From: Alphaproteobacteria bacterium
GTDB taxonomy: Bacteria > Pseudomonadota > Alphaproteobacteria > UBA2966
DNA length: 64,000 nucleotides
Reading direction: 5' to 3'
Assembly (NCBI GenBank): GCA_964291395.2
Contig: OZ219856.1
Coordinates: 2,336,001 to 2,400,000, forward strand
The position numbers and the translations under genes were made by a program. How positions within the stretch are numbered: the first letter of the stretch is position 1; every line of letters begins with the position of its first letter. Below the pieces are notes generated by a model. That model worked only from the letters and a program-made list of their open reading frames with translations, did not search any database and had not been told where the DNA came from. This document shows positions 39,763 to 48,676 of this stretch, piece by piece.

Positions 39763-40470
39763 TCAGGCACCAAGCAGCAGTTCCTTGGCTTGGTTGAGCT
39801 TGGCGGCTATGTACGTCGACCCGCCCTGATCCGGATGCATCTTCAGCATCAGCCGGTGATGCGCCTGCTTGATGTCCTCCTCGCTGGCGCCTTCCTCCAA
39901 CCCCAGGATGTGAAAGGCCTCTTCCCGGGTCATAGGACCGTCCCCGCCCGGAGCGCCCGCGTAGCTCGACGACTGATCCCGCTCCCGCCATTCGTCACCG
40001 TGAACACGGTCGAGGAACGTCTCGATCAGCGCAGCGCTCCGCAGATCCACCTGCCGACATTCCGACAGCAGTTCGAGAACGTCATCTACCCTCATGTCGC
40101 CGAGGGACTGGCCTTGGAACCGCCCCTTGAGCACCGTCCCGTCAACGGACCCCGTATCGTGATCGAGAACCATTTTCAGGTAGGCGGTCTCCACCTCGGA
40201 ACTCTGCCCGCTGGAGGGTGCCGCGCGTTGGGAGAAGGAAGGAATGGGACCGCGCCAGCGGCGGAGAAAGCTGAGAGCCATCAGCCCCAAAAGGACAGCG
40301 AACGGAATGCGGCCGGTCACGGCCAGGAACACGGCCCCTCCCCCCACCAGTCCGAAAATCGTCCAGCGCAGAGCACGCGCCACGGCTTTGGGATCGGCAT
40401 TGACGAACCATCTCGCGACCAAGAACACGGCGGCGAAGATGCACAGACCGAGAACGAACCAAGCAAACAA
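39763..40470 (-). CDS. Membrane-anchored protein with C-terminal J (DnaJ) domain
   Basis: N-terminal TM helices; C-terminal EAFHILGL...KMHPDQGGSTYIAAKLNQAK. Confidence 0.85.
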   Translation of the reverse strand: MFAWFVLGLCIFAAVFLVARWFVNADPKAVARALRWTIFGLVGGGAVFLAVTGRIPFAVLLGLMALSFLRRWRGPIPSFSQRAAPSSGQSSEVETAYLKMVLDHDTGSVDGTVLKGRFQGQSLGDMRVDDVLELLSECRQVDLRSAALIETFLDRVHGDEWRERDQSSSYAGAPGGDGPMTREEAFHILGLEEGASEEDIKQAHHRLMLKMHPDQGGSTYIAAKLNQAKELLLGA

Positions 40471-40476
40471 GACGGA

Positions 40477-41184
40477 TCACTTTACTTGTTGTGCGATGAG
40501 CAGAACCTCGCGTCCGGCACGCTTGCTGAAGTTCTCCAGCGCTTTCCGTCCTCCCGCGGCAAAGACCGCAACCGCGCTCAGAAGATCACGCAGCTGATCG
40601 GCGCTCGACGAGTCGAAGCTGCAGTGCGCGCCTCCGGTGAGGCGTGCGATCTGCTTGAACGCGCGCATGGCGATGGGCTCGTCACCTTCCTGAAAGATGA
40701 ACGTCGGCACGCCGAGAATGCCCAACTCGCCCGCCAACCGGCACAACTCGTCGACGCTCTCTTCCATACAATCACCGACGAAGACGACGGCATTTACCTT
40801 GCGGGAATTGGCTTCAGCGATAGCGTGTTTCAAGACCTTCGCGATCTGCGTTTGTCCGCCAAGGCAGAAGACTCCCGTCATCTGTCTCACAAGCTGGGCA
40901 GAGTCGGTAAGCCATTCGGACGCCCGAAATTCTCCAAATCCCCGGTAGTAGGCCATTTGGATCTCGAGACCGCCCACGGAACCCGCTTCCTGGAACATAT
41001 GTCCCTGAATCTGGCATGCCCGGTCCCAGGTCGGCTCCCGGCTGGCGGTCGCGTCCAGCGCGAAGATCAAGCGCCCTCTCTCGCCGGACAGACCGAGCAC
41101 CGGAGCCATCGCCACCTTTTGAATGAAGGCGTCGATCTCGGCGTTCGTCGCGGTTTTCGATATGTTTCCGGTCTTTTTGCTCAT
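40477..41184 (-). CDS. VWA-domain protein
   Basis: LIFALDATASR (MIDAS DxTxS), GGQTQI, VFVGD. Confidence 0.82.
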   Translation of the reverse strand: MSKKTGNISKTATNAEIDAFIQKVAMAPVLGLSGERGRLIFALDATASREPTWDRACQIQGHMFQEAGSVGGLEIQMAYYRGFGEFRASEWLTDSAQLVRQMTGVFCLGGQTQIAKVLKHAIAEANSRKVNAVVFVGDCMEESVDELCRLAGELGILGVPTFIFQEGDEPIAMRAFKQIARLTGGAHCSFDSSSADQLRDLLSAVAVFAAGGRKALENFSKRAGREVLLIAQQVK

Positions 41185-41327
41185 GCGTCAAGCCGCACGC
41201 ATCTGCGCACTCAAGAGTAAGGCAGTTTAGCGCAACTGCGCCTCAGCGGGCCAACAGACGGCGTCTGCGCGAAGCAGCGACACCCGGAATACCGGTCTCG
41301 GTGGTTGCAGAGGTCGGGTATGGGCGG

Positions 41328-42320
41328 CTAGCGGACGTGAATTGGACCATCCGGGTAAAAGGCACGAAACGCGAACGCGAAATCCACGCCGTAGACGACG
41401 TCTTCATAACCGCGGCCCGACTTACGCTGAACGACAACGTTGCCGACATCGATCCCTTCAGCGATCCATTCGGAATCGAGGGCCGAGTTCTGGCCGGGCT
41501 CCCAGGTAATGACGAGACCCGTTTCGGTCTCGATCCGACGTCTTTCGCGTAACAAATCGAGGCTCCAGGCCTCGCGTCCACCGGAAGCCGATTCCACGGT
41601 CACCACCCGTGCGAGGGGCGCGATCTCCCTGGGTCCGGCACCGCGGTAGAGGAATGGCCGCGGCGACGAATCGTAATTGGCGTATGGATTCGCCCCGTAC
41701 CGCCGCCCGCTCGGATCGTTCGGCACCAATACCCTTCCACCCGGGGCGCGATCACGAAATCTCGCAAACGATTCCAGACGAGAGGGAATCATCTTCAACA
41801 CCTTACCGGTGAGATCACCGACGATGGCTTCGCCCAAAAACTGCTGCCACCAGCTTTCCGTCTGGCGGTCATACATGACCAAATCCGAATGGCGTAAGCG
41901 GCCCGTGGTTCCGAAGTCGAGCACCATGCCCTCCAACCGGCGATCGAAAACGACGGCAGCGTTACACAAGGGGCAGAAGGTAATGGAAACCGGCACGCCC
42001 CCGACGGTGTCGTTGACGATCTCATGCCACATCAACACCTGCAGGGGGTAAGCGCGCGCGTCCTCTCCGATGATGACGCTGACAACGGGTTCGGTGTCGG
42101 CGAGATGGCTTATGGCTGACAGCGGCTCGAACTTCGGATCGTCGATGGGAGGAATGCCATCCTTGGGCGGACCACCCGACATGATCTCACCGAGATCGAC
42201 GGAGCGAACCTCAAAGTTCGTCTTCCATGACTCGGCGACCGCCATCCATGCGGCAACGAGAAGGCCCGCCAGGAATACGGCCGCGGCTCCATGACCGCAG
42301 TATCTACGCACGCGCGACAT
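41328..42320 (-). CDS. DUF3179 family exported protein
   Basis: GGPPKDGIPPID, RAYP..L.WHEIVND, TFCPLC, MYDRQTESWW; start 42320 (GGAG RBS) or 42353. Confidence 0.85.
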   Translation of the reverse strand: MSRVRRYCGHGAAAVFLAGLLVAAWMAVAESWKTNFEVRSVDLGEIMSGGPPKDGIPPIDDPKFEPLSAISHLADTEPVVSVIIGEDARAYPLQVLMWHEIVNDTVGGVPVSITFCPLCNAAVVFDRRLEGMVLDFGTTGRLRHSDLVMYDRQTESWWQQFLGEAIVGDLTGKVLKMIPSRLESFARFRDRAPGGRVLVPNDPSGRRYGANPYANYDSSPRPFLYRGAGPREIAPLARVVTVESASGGREAWSLDLLRERRRIETETGLVITWEPGQNSALDSEWIAEGIDVGNVVVQRKSGRGYEDVVYGVDFAFAFRAFYPDGPIHVR

Positions 42321-42484
42321 GCCACTCTCCATAACCGAAGCTGTAATCGCCATGCATGGTTGGTCCCACCGTAGGGCTTGGCAAGCTTCATGGCATCACG
42401 GTTCCGTGAAATCGCGTTCCGAAAGACGCCTCGATGTGCCTTGACGCGGCCGAGGCAGCAGCCCGACATTCTTGGTGAACGGCG

Positions 42485-43627
42485 GTGAGCGCGGAGGAAA
42501 ACTTGGCGGAACGGGTTGAGTGTGTCGTCGTGGGAGCCGGCGTGATCGGACTCGCGATCGCCCGGCATCTGGCAATGCGCGGCCGGGAAGTCATCGTGCT
42601 GGAAAAGCAGGACGCCATCGGCACCGAAGTGAGCTCACGCAACAGCGAAGTCATTCACGCCGGGATTTACTACCCGAAGGACAGCCTCAAAGCTCGACTG
42701 TGCATAGCAGGAAAGCACCTGCTGTATGAGTTCTGCGCGGATCACGGCGTCGCCCACCGACGGATCGGCAAGCTCATCGTTGCCGTGACCGACGAGGAAC
42801 TCGACGGTCTGAGCGATGTTCGCGCAGCCGCGCATCGCAATGGCGTGACCGATGTGGAATATATGACGCCCGGGCAGGTTCGGGAATTCGAACCCGCGAT
42901 ACGTTGTGTCGGCGCGCTGATTTCCCCCTCCACCGGAATCATTGACAGTCACGGTTTGATGTTGGCGCTGCAGGGCGATGCCGAAGAACATGGGACGATG
43001 ATTGCCTTCTTGAGTCATCTGACTCGGGGCACGGTCGACGCCGACGGCTTCAGCCTCGAAATCCAGACCGGCGGCGACCCGTCATCGCACGAGTCACTTA
43101 CCGTCGAGTGCGAGATTCTGATCAATTCGGCGGGCTTGGGAGCACAGAAGGTCGCCCGGGGAATCTCGGGCATGCCCACCGACTCCATTCCACCACTGCA
43201 TCTCGCGCGGGGCTGCTACTTCACGATGAGCGGGGCTTCGCCGTTCCGTCACCTAATTTACCCAATGCCCGACCACGCCAGCCTCGGCGTCCACGTGACA
43301 CTGGATATCGGCGGCCAAGCCAGGTTCGGCCCGGATGTCGAGTGGATCGACACCATCGACTATGACGTGGATCCAGGGCGTGGAGAAGCTTTCTACACAG
43401 CCGTCCGCCGCTACTATCCAGGCCTGCCCGACGGGGCCCTCCAGCCCGGTTATTCCGGCATTCGCCCAAAGATTCAGGCGGCTGGCGAGCCGGCAGCGGA
43501 TTTCGTCATCCAGGGACCGCAGAGTCACGGCGTACCGGGGCTGGTAAACTTGTTCGGTATGGAATCACCCGGACTCACGGCCGCCCTCGCCGTCGCGGAA
43601 CACGTGTCCCGGCTGCTGGAGATCTAA
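42485..43627 (+). CDS. FAD-dependent oxidoreductase, L-2-hydroxyglutarate oxidase (LhgO) family
   Basis: [39 protein letters not shown]. Confidence 0.88.
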   Translation: MSAEENLAERVECVVVGAGVIGLAIARHLAMRGREVIVLEKQDAIGTEVSSRNSEVIHAGIYYPKDSLKARLCIAGKHLLYEFCADHGVAHRRIGKLIVAVTDEELDGLSDVRAAAHRNGVTDVEYMTPGQVREFEPAIRCVGALISPSTGIIDSHGLMLALQGDAEEHGTMIAFLSHLTRGTVDADGFSLEIQTGGDPSSHESLTVECEILINSAGLGAQKVARGISGMPTDSIPPLHLARGCYFTMSGASPFRHLIYPMPDHASLGVHVTLDIGGQARFGPDVEWIDTIDYDVDPGRGEAFYTAVRRYYPGLPDGALQPGYSGIRPKIQAAGEPAADFVIQGPQSHGVPGLVNLFGMESPGLTAALAVAEHVSRLLEI

Positions 43628-43647
43628 ACCGCCAGAGAGGATCGCGC

Positions 43648-44100
43648 ATGGCCATCCGCGTATTGGGACTCGACCACGTCGTGTTGAGGGTTCGAGACAT
43701 GCCCGCGTCTCTTTCCTTCTATTGCGATGTCCTCGGATGCCGCATCGAGCGGGAAGTCGAAAGTATCGGCCTCGTCCAGCTTCGCGCCGGCCGATCTCTG
43801 ATCGATCTAGTGGATGCCGCAGGGGAACTCGGCCGAAAGGGTGGAGAAGCGCCCGGACCAGAAGGCCGGAATCTGGATCACTTCGCGCTGCGCATCGAGA
43901 CATTCGATGAAGTACAAATCCGTGCATGGCTCGCCGAGCACGGGGTCGACGCGGGCGTGGCAAAGGATCGCTTCGGCGCCGAAGGTACCGGGCCATCGTT
44001 CTACATCCGGGACCCGGACGGCAATGTCATCGAACTCAAAGGCCCAGCCACGACGGGAAGGCCGGGCTCAGACCCTGGGTCCGACTCCGATTCGAGCTGA
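43648..44100 (+). CDS. VOC/glyoxalase family protein
   Basis: LDHVVLRV, FYCDVLG, NLDHF, DPDGNVIELK. Confidence 0.88.
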   Translation: MAIRVLGLDHVVLRVRDMPASLSFYCDVLGCRIEREVESIGLVQLRAGRSLIDLVDAAGELGRKGGEAPGPEGRNLDHFALRIETFDEVQIRAWLAEHGVDAGVAKDRFGAEGTGPSFYIRDPDGNVIELKGPATTGRPGSDPGSDSDSS

Positions 44101-44182
44101 CCCCGGTTGCCGAACGCAAACCGCGACATGGACGGACGCGAAGGCCGGAAGCTGACGGCAGCCCTCGCGAACCACGCCGCGC

Positions 44183-44797
44183 TCAAGTCCGGCTGAAAAT
44201 CCTCTTGAGCTCCCTGATCAACGCCGACCACGCACTTCGGACTACGAGACTCAGGCCCGAGATGGGCGCCGCCGGCGCCGGCGGCGTTTTGTCTTGAATA
44301 CCGGGAGTGGAGGTCTGGCCCGCGACCGCGATCTTCTCGTGGAGCGATTCCGCAAACCGGCCCACGAGGTGATTGGCAAGCTCGTTGATCATGCCGGCGC
44401 CGCGGCCGTACTGGGCTACCGAACCCGACAGGTTCAAGTCCGTGTCAATGACCACCCTGGTTCCCTGTTCCGTGGGCTCCAGCCGGAACGTCATGTCAGC
44501 GGCCGCCCCGCCTCGGCCCTTGCTATCGGTGCCCTGCGCCGACACGCGCGCCCGGTAAGCCTCCGAATCCATCTCGTCGAAGCGCGCGGTTCCATCGAAC
44601 GTGAGGGTGACGGGTCCCAGTCTGACCGTCACGTTCCCGCGATAGGCGTCGCCATCGAGAACTTCCGTCAATTGGGCGCCTGGCATGCAGGGCGCGATTC
44701 CCTCGATGTCCGTGAGCAGCTCCCACGCCTGGGGCACCGGTACGGCGACGTCGAAAGAGCTTTGGATGCGCAAGGAGTCCTCCGGGCCATGAACCAA
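44183..44797 (-). CDS. SRPBCC/CoxG family protein
   Basis: W..L.DI..IAPCMPGA, LGPV, G.VAQYGRG; start uncertain. Confidence 0.85.
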   Translation of the reverse strand: MVHGPEDSLRIQSSFDVAVPVPQAWELLTDIEGIAPCMPGAQLTEVLDGDAYRGNVTVRLGPVTLTFDGTARFDEMDSEAYRARVSAQGTDSKGRGGAAADMTFRLEPTEQGTRVVIDTDLNLSGSVAQYGRGAGMINELANHLVGRFAESLHEKIAVAGQTSTPGIQDKTPPAPAAPISGLSLVVRSAWSALIRELKRIFSRT

Positions 44798-44978
44798 CAG
44801 CGATCGTCGCGGCTAACAATATTTCGTCCCATGGCCGGGAAGCGAGTGAAAATTTCGACCTCGCAGTCACTCGGGCAACGTTCCTGCAACTTTCGTCACG
44901 ATTTCGTTAATTCATTGAAAATCAAGAGTTTTCGCTTATCTGGTCAGACGTCGGGTATCGGCAGAGCGGAGGCGCGTC

Positions 44979-46103
44979 ATGTCCACAGCTTCTTCCATGA
45001 ACGTTCCCGGATACGAGCAGGTCGTCGGTTGCCAGGACCCCGCCAGCGGCCTGCGCGCCATCATCGCAATTCACGACACGACGCTCGGCCCGGCCCTCGG
45101 CGGCTGCCGTATGTACGCTTACGACGACGAAGAACAGGCGCTGGACGATGTCCTACGCCTCTCGCGCGGCATGACCTACAAGTCGGCAATGGCCGAACTG
45201 CCGTTTGGCGGCGGCAAGGGTGTCATCATCGGCAACCCCCGCGAGCACAAGTCGGAAAAGCTTCTCAAGACGTTCGGCCGCTTTGTCGATAGCCTCGATG
45301 GCCGCTACATCACGGCCGAAGACATGGGTACGTCCGCCGCGGACATGGAAATCATCCGCACGCAAACGCGGCATGTCGCCGGACTCCCCGAGCGGAGCGG
45401 CGACCCCTCCTCCGCCACGGCATGGGGCGTATTCCAGGGTATCCGCGCGGCGGTTCGCCATGTCTTCGGCTGGGAGTCCCTGGAGGGTCTTACGGTCGCC
45501 ATACAGGGCGTCGGCAACGTGGGTGGGCACTTGGCCGACATGCTGTCGCTCGCCGGCGCACGTCTGATCGTCACCGACATCAACGAGGATGCCGCGCACG
45601 AAGTCGCATCGCGGACCTTCGCGCGCGCGGTCGCCCCTGACGACATCTTCGACACGGACGCCGACGTGTTCGCTCCCTGCGCGATGGGTGCGGTTCTGAA
45701 CGACGAGACGATCCCGCGCCTCAACGTCAGGATCGTGGCCGGCTCCGCCAACAACCAGCTTGCGGAAGACCGGCATGCCGATTCACTCATCGATCGCGAC
45801 ATCCTCTACACGCCCGACTATGTCATCAATGCCGGCGGCATCATCAATATCCACTACGAGAAGCCCGCTTACGATCGTCAGGCGGCCTTCGCCCATGTCG
45901 CAGGAATCTACGACACCCTGGTCGACCTGTTCCGGCGTGCCAAAGCAGAAGGCGTCAGCCCGCAACTGATGGCCGGCCGCATGGCCGAGGAGCGCCTAGC
46001 AACTGCGCGTCACGACGGTTTGACGACGGAGAAGATCGCGGCGGTCGGTCAGATCAACCCGATCTCACTCAAATCCATCGCCATTTCTTCGGGAATGTCC
46101 TGA
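44979..46103 (+). CDS. Leucine dehydrogenase (Glu/Leu/Phe/Val dehydrogenase)
   Basis: TTLGPALGGCR, GMTYK, GGGK, YITAED, GVGNVG, GSANNQL, INAGG. Confidence 0.92.
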   Translation: MSTASSMNVPGYEQVVGCQDPASGLRAIIAIHDTTLGPALGGCRMYAYDDEEQALDDVLRLSRGMTYKSAMAELPFGGGKGVIIGNPREHKSEKLLKTFGRFVDSLDGRYITAEDMGTSAADMEIIRTQTRHVAGLPERSGDPSSATAWGVFQGIRAAVRHVFGWESLEGLTVAIQGVGNVGGHLADMLSLAGARLIVTDINEDAAHEVASRTFARAVAPDDIFDTDADVFAPCAMGAVLNDETIPRLNVRIVAGSANNQLAEDRHADSLIDRDILYTPDYVINAGGIINIHYEKPAYDRQAAFAHVAGIYDTLVDLFRRAKAEGVSPQLMAGRMAEERLATARHDGLTTEKIAAVGQINPISLKSIAISSGMS

Positions 46104-46483
46104 TCCCGACTCTTGGGATCGAGGTCGTTTGGAGCATGTTCGGGCTTCAGGTACCGCCAGCCCTGATGGGGCCGGCGGGGTTGAGGCTCGGTCCGTATCA
46201 ACTCCGGATCGAACACAATGTCGCAACGCGGAACACCGTCTCTTCCGATCACGGCCTCCAGTCCGATGATGCGTTGCCGGACTCGAACGAATCGCTTGAT
46301 AATCCAATACATCGAACCGCCGCCAAGCACATCCGCTTCCCGCCGGGGCATGTGACGCGTCCGATGCCACAGCCTGTCGCCCAACCCCTGCGCCAGCGAT
46401 TGTTCGATCCTGGCGGACTGCACCTGCCTCAGATGTTCAACATCCTCAATTCCGACACACATCTTCAGCAGGTGAACGACCAT
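46049..46483 (-). CDS. DUF1489 family protein
   Basis: HLLKMCVG, TR..P.R, GGSMYWIIK, QGWRYL. Confidence 0.85.
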   Translation of the reverse strand: MVVHLLKMCVGIEDVEHLRQVQSARIEQSLAQGLGDRLWHRTRHMPRREADVLGGGSMYWIIKRFVRVRQRIIGLEAVIGRDGVPRCDIVFDPELIRTEPQPRRPHQGWRYLKPEHAPNDLDPKSRDQDIPEEMAMDLSEIGLI

Positions 46484-46524
46484 CGTGGGAGTGCCTTCTA
46501 CCACAAATTCGAGGTACAGCGGAG

Positions 46525-47922
46525 TCAGTCAAGGTAACCGAGCATCGACCACCAGAGAAAATCGAGCGGGAGCAGCACGACCATCGTAATCACGGCGAGC
46601 AGAAGGCAGAAACGCGACGTGACCGCCAGTCCCAATCCCGTGACCTGGGCCGCAACGAGGAGCGGCGGCAACTGATAGGGAAGAATCACCGTCGAGTAGG
46701 CAACGGCCTGGGTCATGAGAACGACGTCCAGCGACATTCCCGTGGCCTCGGAAACGCCACCAGCCAGGGGGATCATGACCGCGGGAATGCCGACCACGGT
46801 CGCCGCCAGCCCGACGCCGACCGACGCCGCAACCAAGGAGATCAGAGTTTTTCCTTGATCTCCAGGCGACAGATCCGCCGCTTCCAGCATGGCCTGGCCC
46901 AAGTACTCTCCGATACCGCTGTGGGCGACTAGCCCCGCAATCCCCAGGATCCCCGCGGTCGTAAACATGGGCGTGAAGTTGATCTTGGTCGCGAAGGCAG
47001 CCGGGGGTAGCACGCCGGTACCCGGCATCAGGCACAAGAACGCGGCCCCCAGAGCAATCCAGCCAGGTGATATGTGATGCAGAAAATCGAAAATCCAGAG
47101 CAGGAGCGCGGCACCCACGATGGCGGCCAGTCGCCGCTCCGCATTTCCAAGTGACTTCGGCGGGAGGGGCAGAGGCCTGTCTTCCTGCCTTTCCACGACA
47201 TGTTGTCGCGGCGTTTCGCGGTAGAGGAGCCAGACCAGCGTTACGATGATGACGCACTTGAGAAAACCGAGCACGGGGAAGTGGAGCAGCATGTATTCGG
47301 CGTAGGACAGATACACGCCGTATTGGGACTCGATGCCGCCCATGAGAACGACGTTGGGCACGTTCGCGGGCAAGATCGTGAACCCCGGAAAAATGGCGCA
47401 AAACGAAAAGGTGATGAGAATCCCGGTGCGACCGCGCGTCCCTTCGACGAATCCGAACCGGTCCGCGACCGCCATCACGAGAGGAACGAACACGACGATG
47501 CGTCCCATTCCGGACGGGATGAGGAAAGTCGTGGCAAGGCCCATGACGGCCAGACCGACGATGATCGTCAGATACGAGGGACGAAGCCGTGACGCAATGG
47601 CATGCGCGATGCGGGCCCCCAAACCGGTTTCGCCAACCGCGACACTGATCACCAGCCCGCCGAACACCAGCCAAAACGCCGCGGAGTGAAAACCTGAAAA
47701 GATGACGCTGGCCGGCGCCACGGTGAACAGCATGGCGATCAGGAAATAGAGGACGGCGGTGACGTGCTCCGGAAACAACCCACCCGCGAACAGACCGAGG
47801 GCGAAGACGCTGAGCGCCGCGGCGCGCGTCATTTCGGGAGTGAATGCGTCCGGCGGCCAAGCCAAAAGAGCGAGAGACGCCACCGCCGCCGGCACGGCAA
47901 TCAGCTTCTGCCAGTCAGCCAT
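46525..47922 (-). CDS. SLC13/DASS family permease
   Basis: Many TM segments; FSGF, IPSGMGR, LPANVPN, LPYQ.PP. Confidence 0.85.
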   Translation of the reverse strand: MADWQKLIAVPAAVASLALLAWPPDAFTPEMTRAAALSVFALGLFAGGLFPEHVTAVLYFLIAMLFTVAPASVIFSGFHSAAFWLVFGGLVISVAVGETGLGARIAHAIASRLRPSYLTIIVGLAVMGLATTFLIPSGMGRIVVFVPLVMAVADRFGFVEGTRGRTGILITFSFCAIFPGFTILPANVPNVVLMGGIESQYGVYLSYAEYMLLHFPVLGFLKCVIIVTLVWLLYRETPRQHVVERQEDRPLPLPPKSLGNAERRLAAIVGAALLLWIFDFLHHISPGWIALGAAFLCLMPGTGVLPPAAFATKINFTPMFTTAGILGIAGLVAHSGIGEYLGQAMLEAADLSPGDQGKTLISLVAASVGVGLAATVVGIPAVMIPLAGGVSEATGMSLDVVLMTQAVAYSTVILPYQLPPLLVAAQVTGLGLAVTSRFCLLLAVITMVVLLPLDFLWWSMLGYLD

Positions 47923-48676
47923 CGGTACCTAACGCGGCAGAGATTGCAACCAAGCATTACCATCCTGCCAAACTTGGGCCGCTTCCCGGCCTCCGCGGCG
48001 GTTCAAGACCGGAGCGAGACGACGGCGCGCGATACCCATCTTGTCGGGCGATCCCCCGAAACCCACAGCTAACCAAATCGCCACCAGGATTGTGAAGACC
48101 GCCGGGCAGACTTCGTTGGTCCCAATGCCTTCCAAGCTGTAGTCAGGCCTGCGGCTGGTTGGAATCCTCGGTTTCGAAGACGTCTCCTCCCGAACCCGCC
48201 TACGCAACGGTCGCCCGTTGTTTTCTGACCACAGAAGGGGAAGCACCCTACGAGTACGCTTGCGGAAACGTGGCTCCCGTGACGTGTCCGTGAACGCGGA
48301 GCAGATGCCACGGTGCGCAATGAGCCAGTCTGTAGGGCTTTCCCTCGTCGCTCATGGCATTGCCTTCCGTCCCTCGCGGTAGGCGACCTGCCGATCCCGG
48401 CGGCGCCGGAGAGCCCGCAGGTATTGCCGCGGGGCGGCCCGAGTGCCGGGCTCGGGCACGGCCTCCCTGGCACGGGCCTTGAGCAGGTGCACGACGCGTT
48501 CCCTCGCGGCGTGGCGCTACCGGCCCGCTGGGACGGTGTACCCGCCACAGGGCGGACGTGACTTGTGCCAGGTAGCGGGCGGCCCGGCTGCGACCCGGGC
48601 GGGCCTGCAGCGGCGCCGTGGACACCGCCGTCTGCTCGGTCGATGCACTCCGCGCACTCCCCCTTCGGGCAGCACC

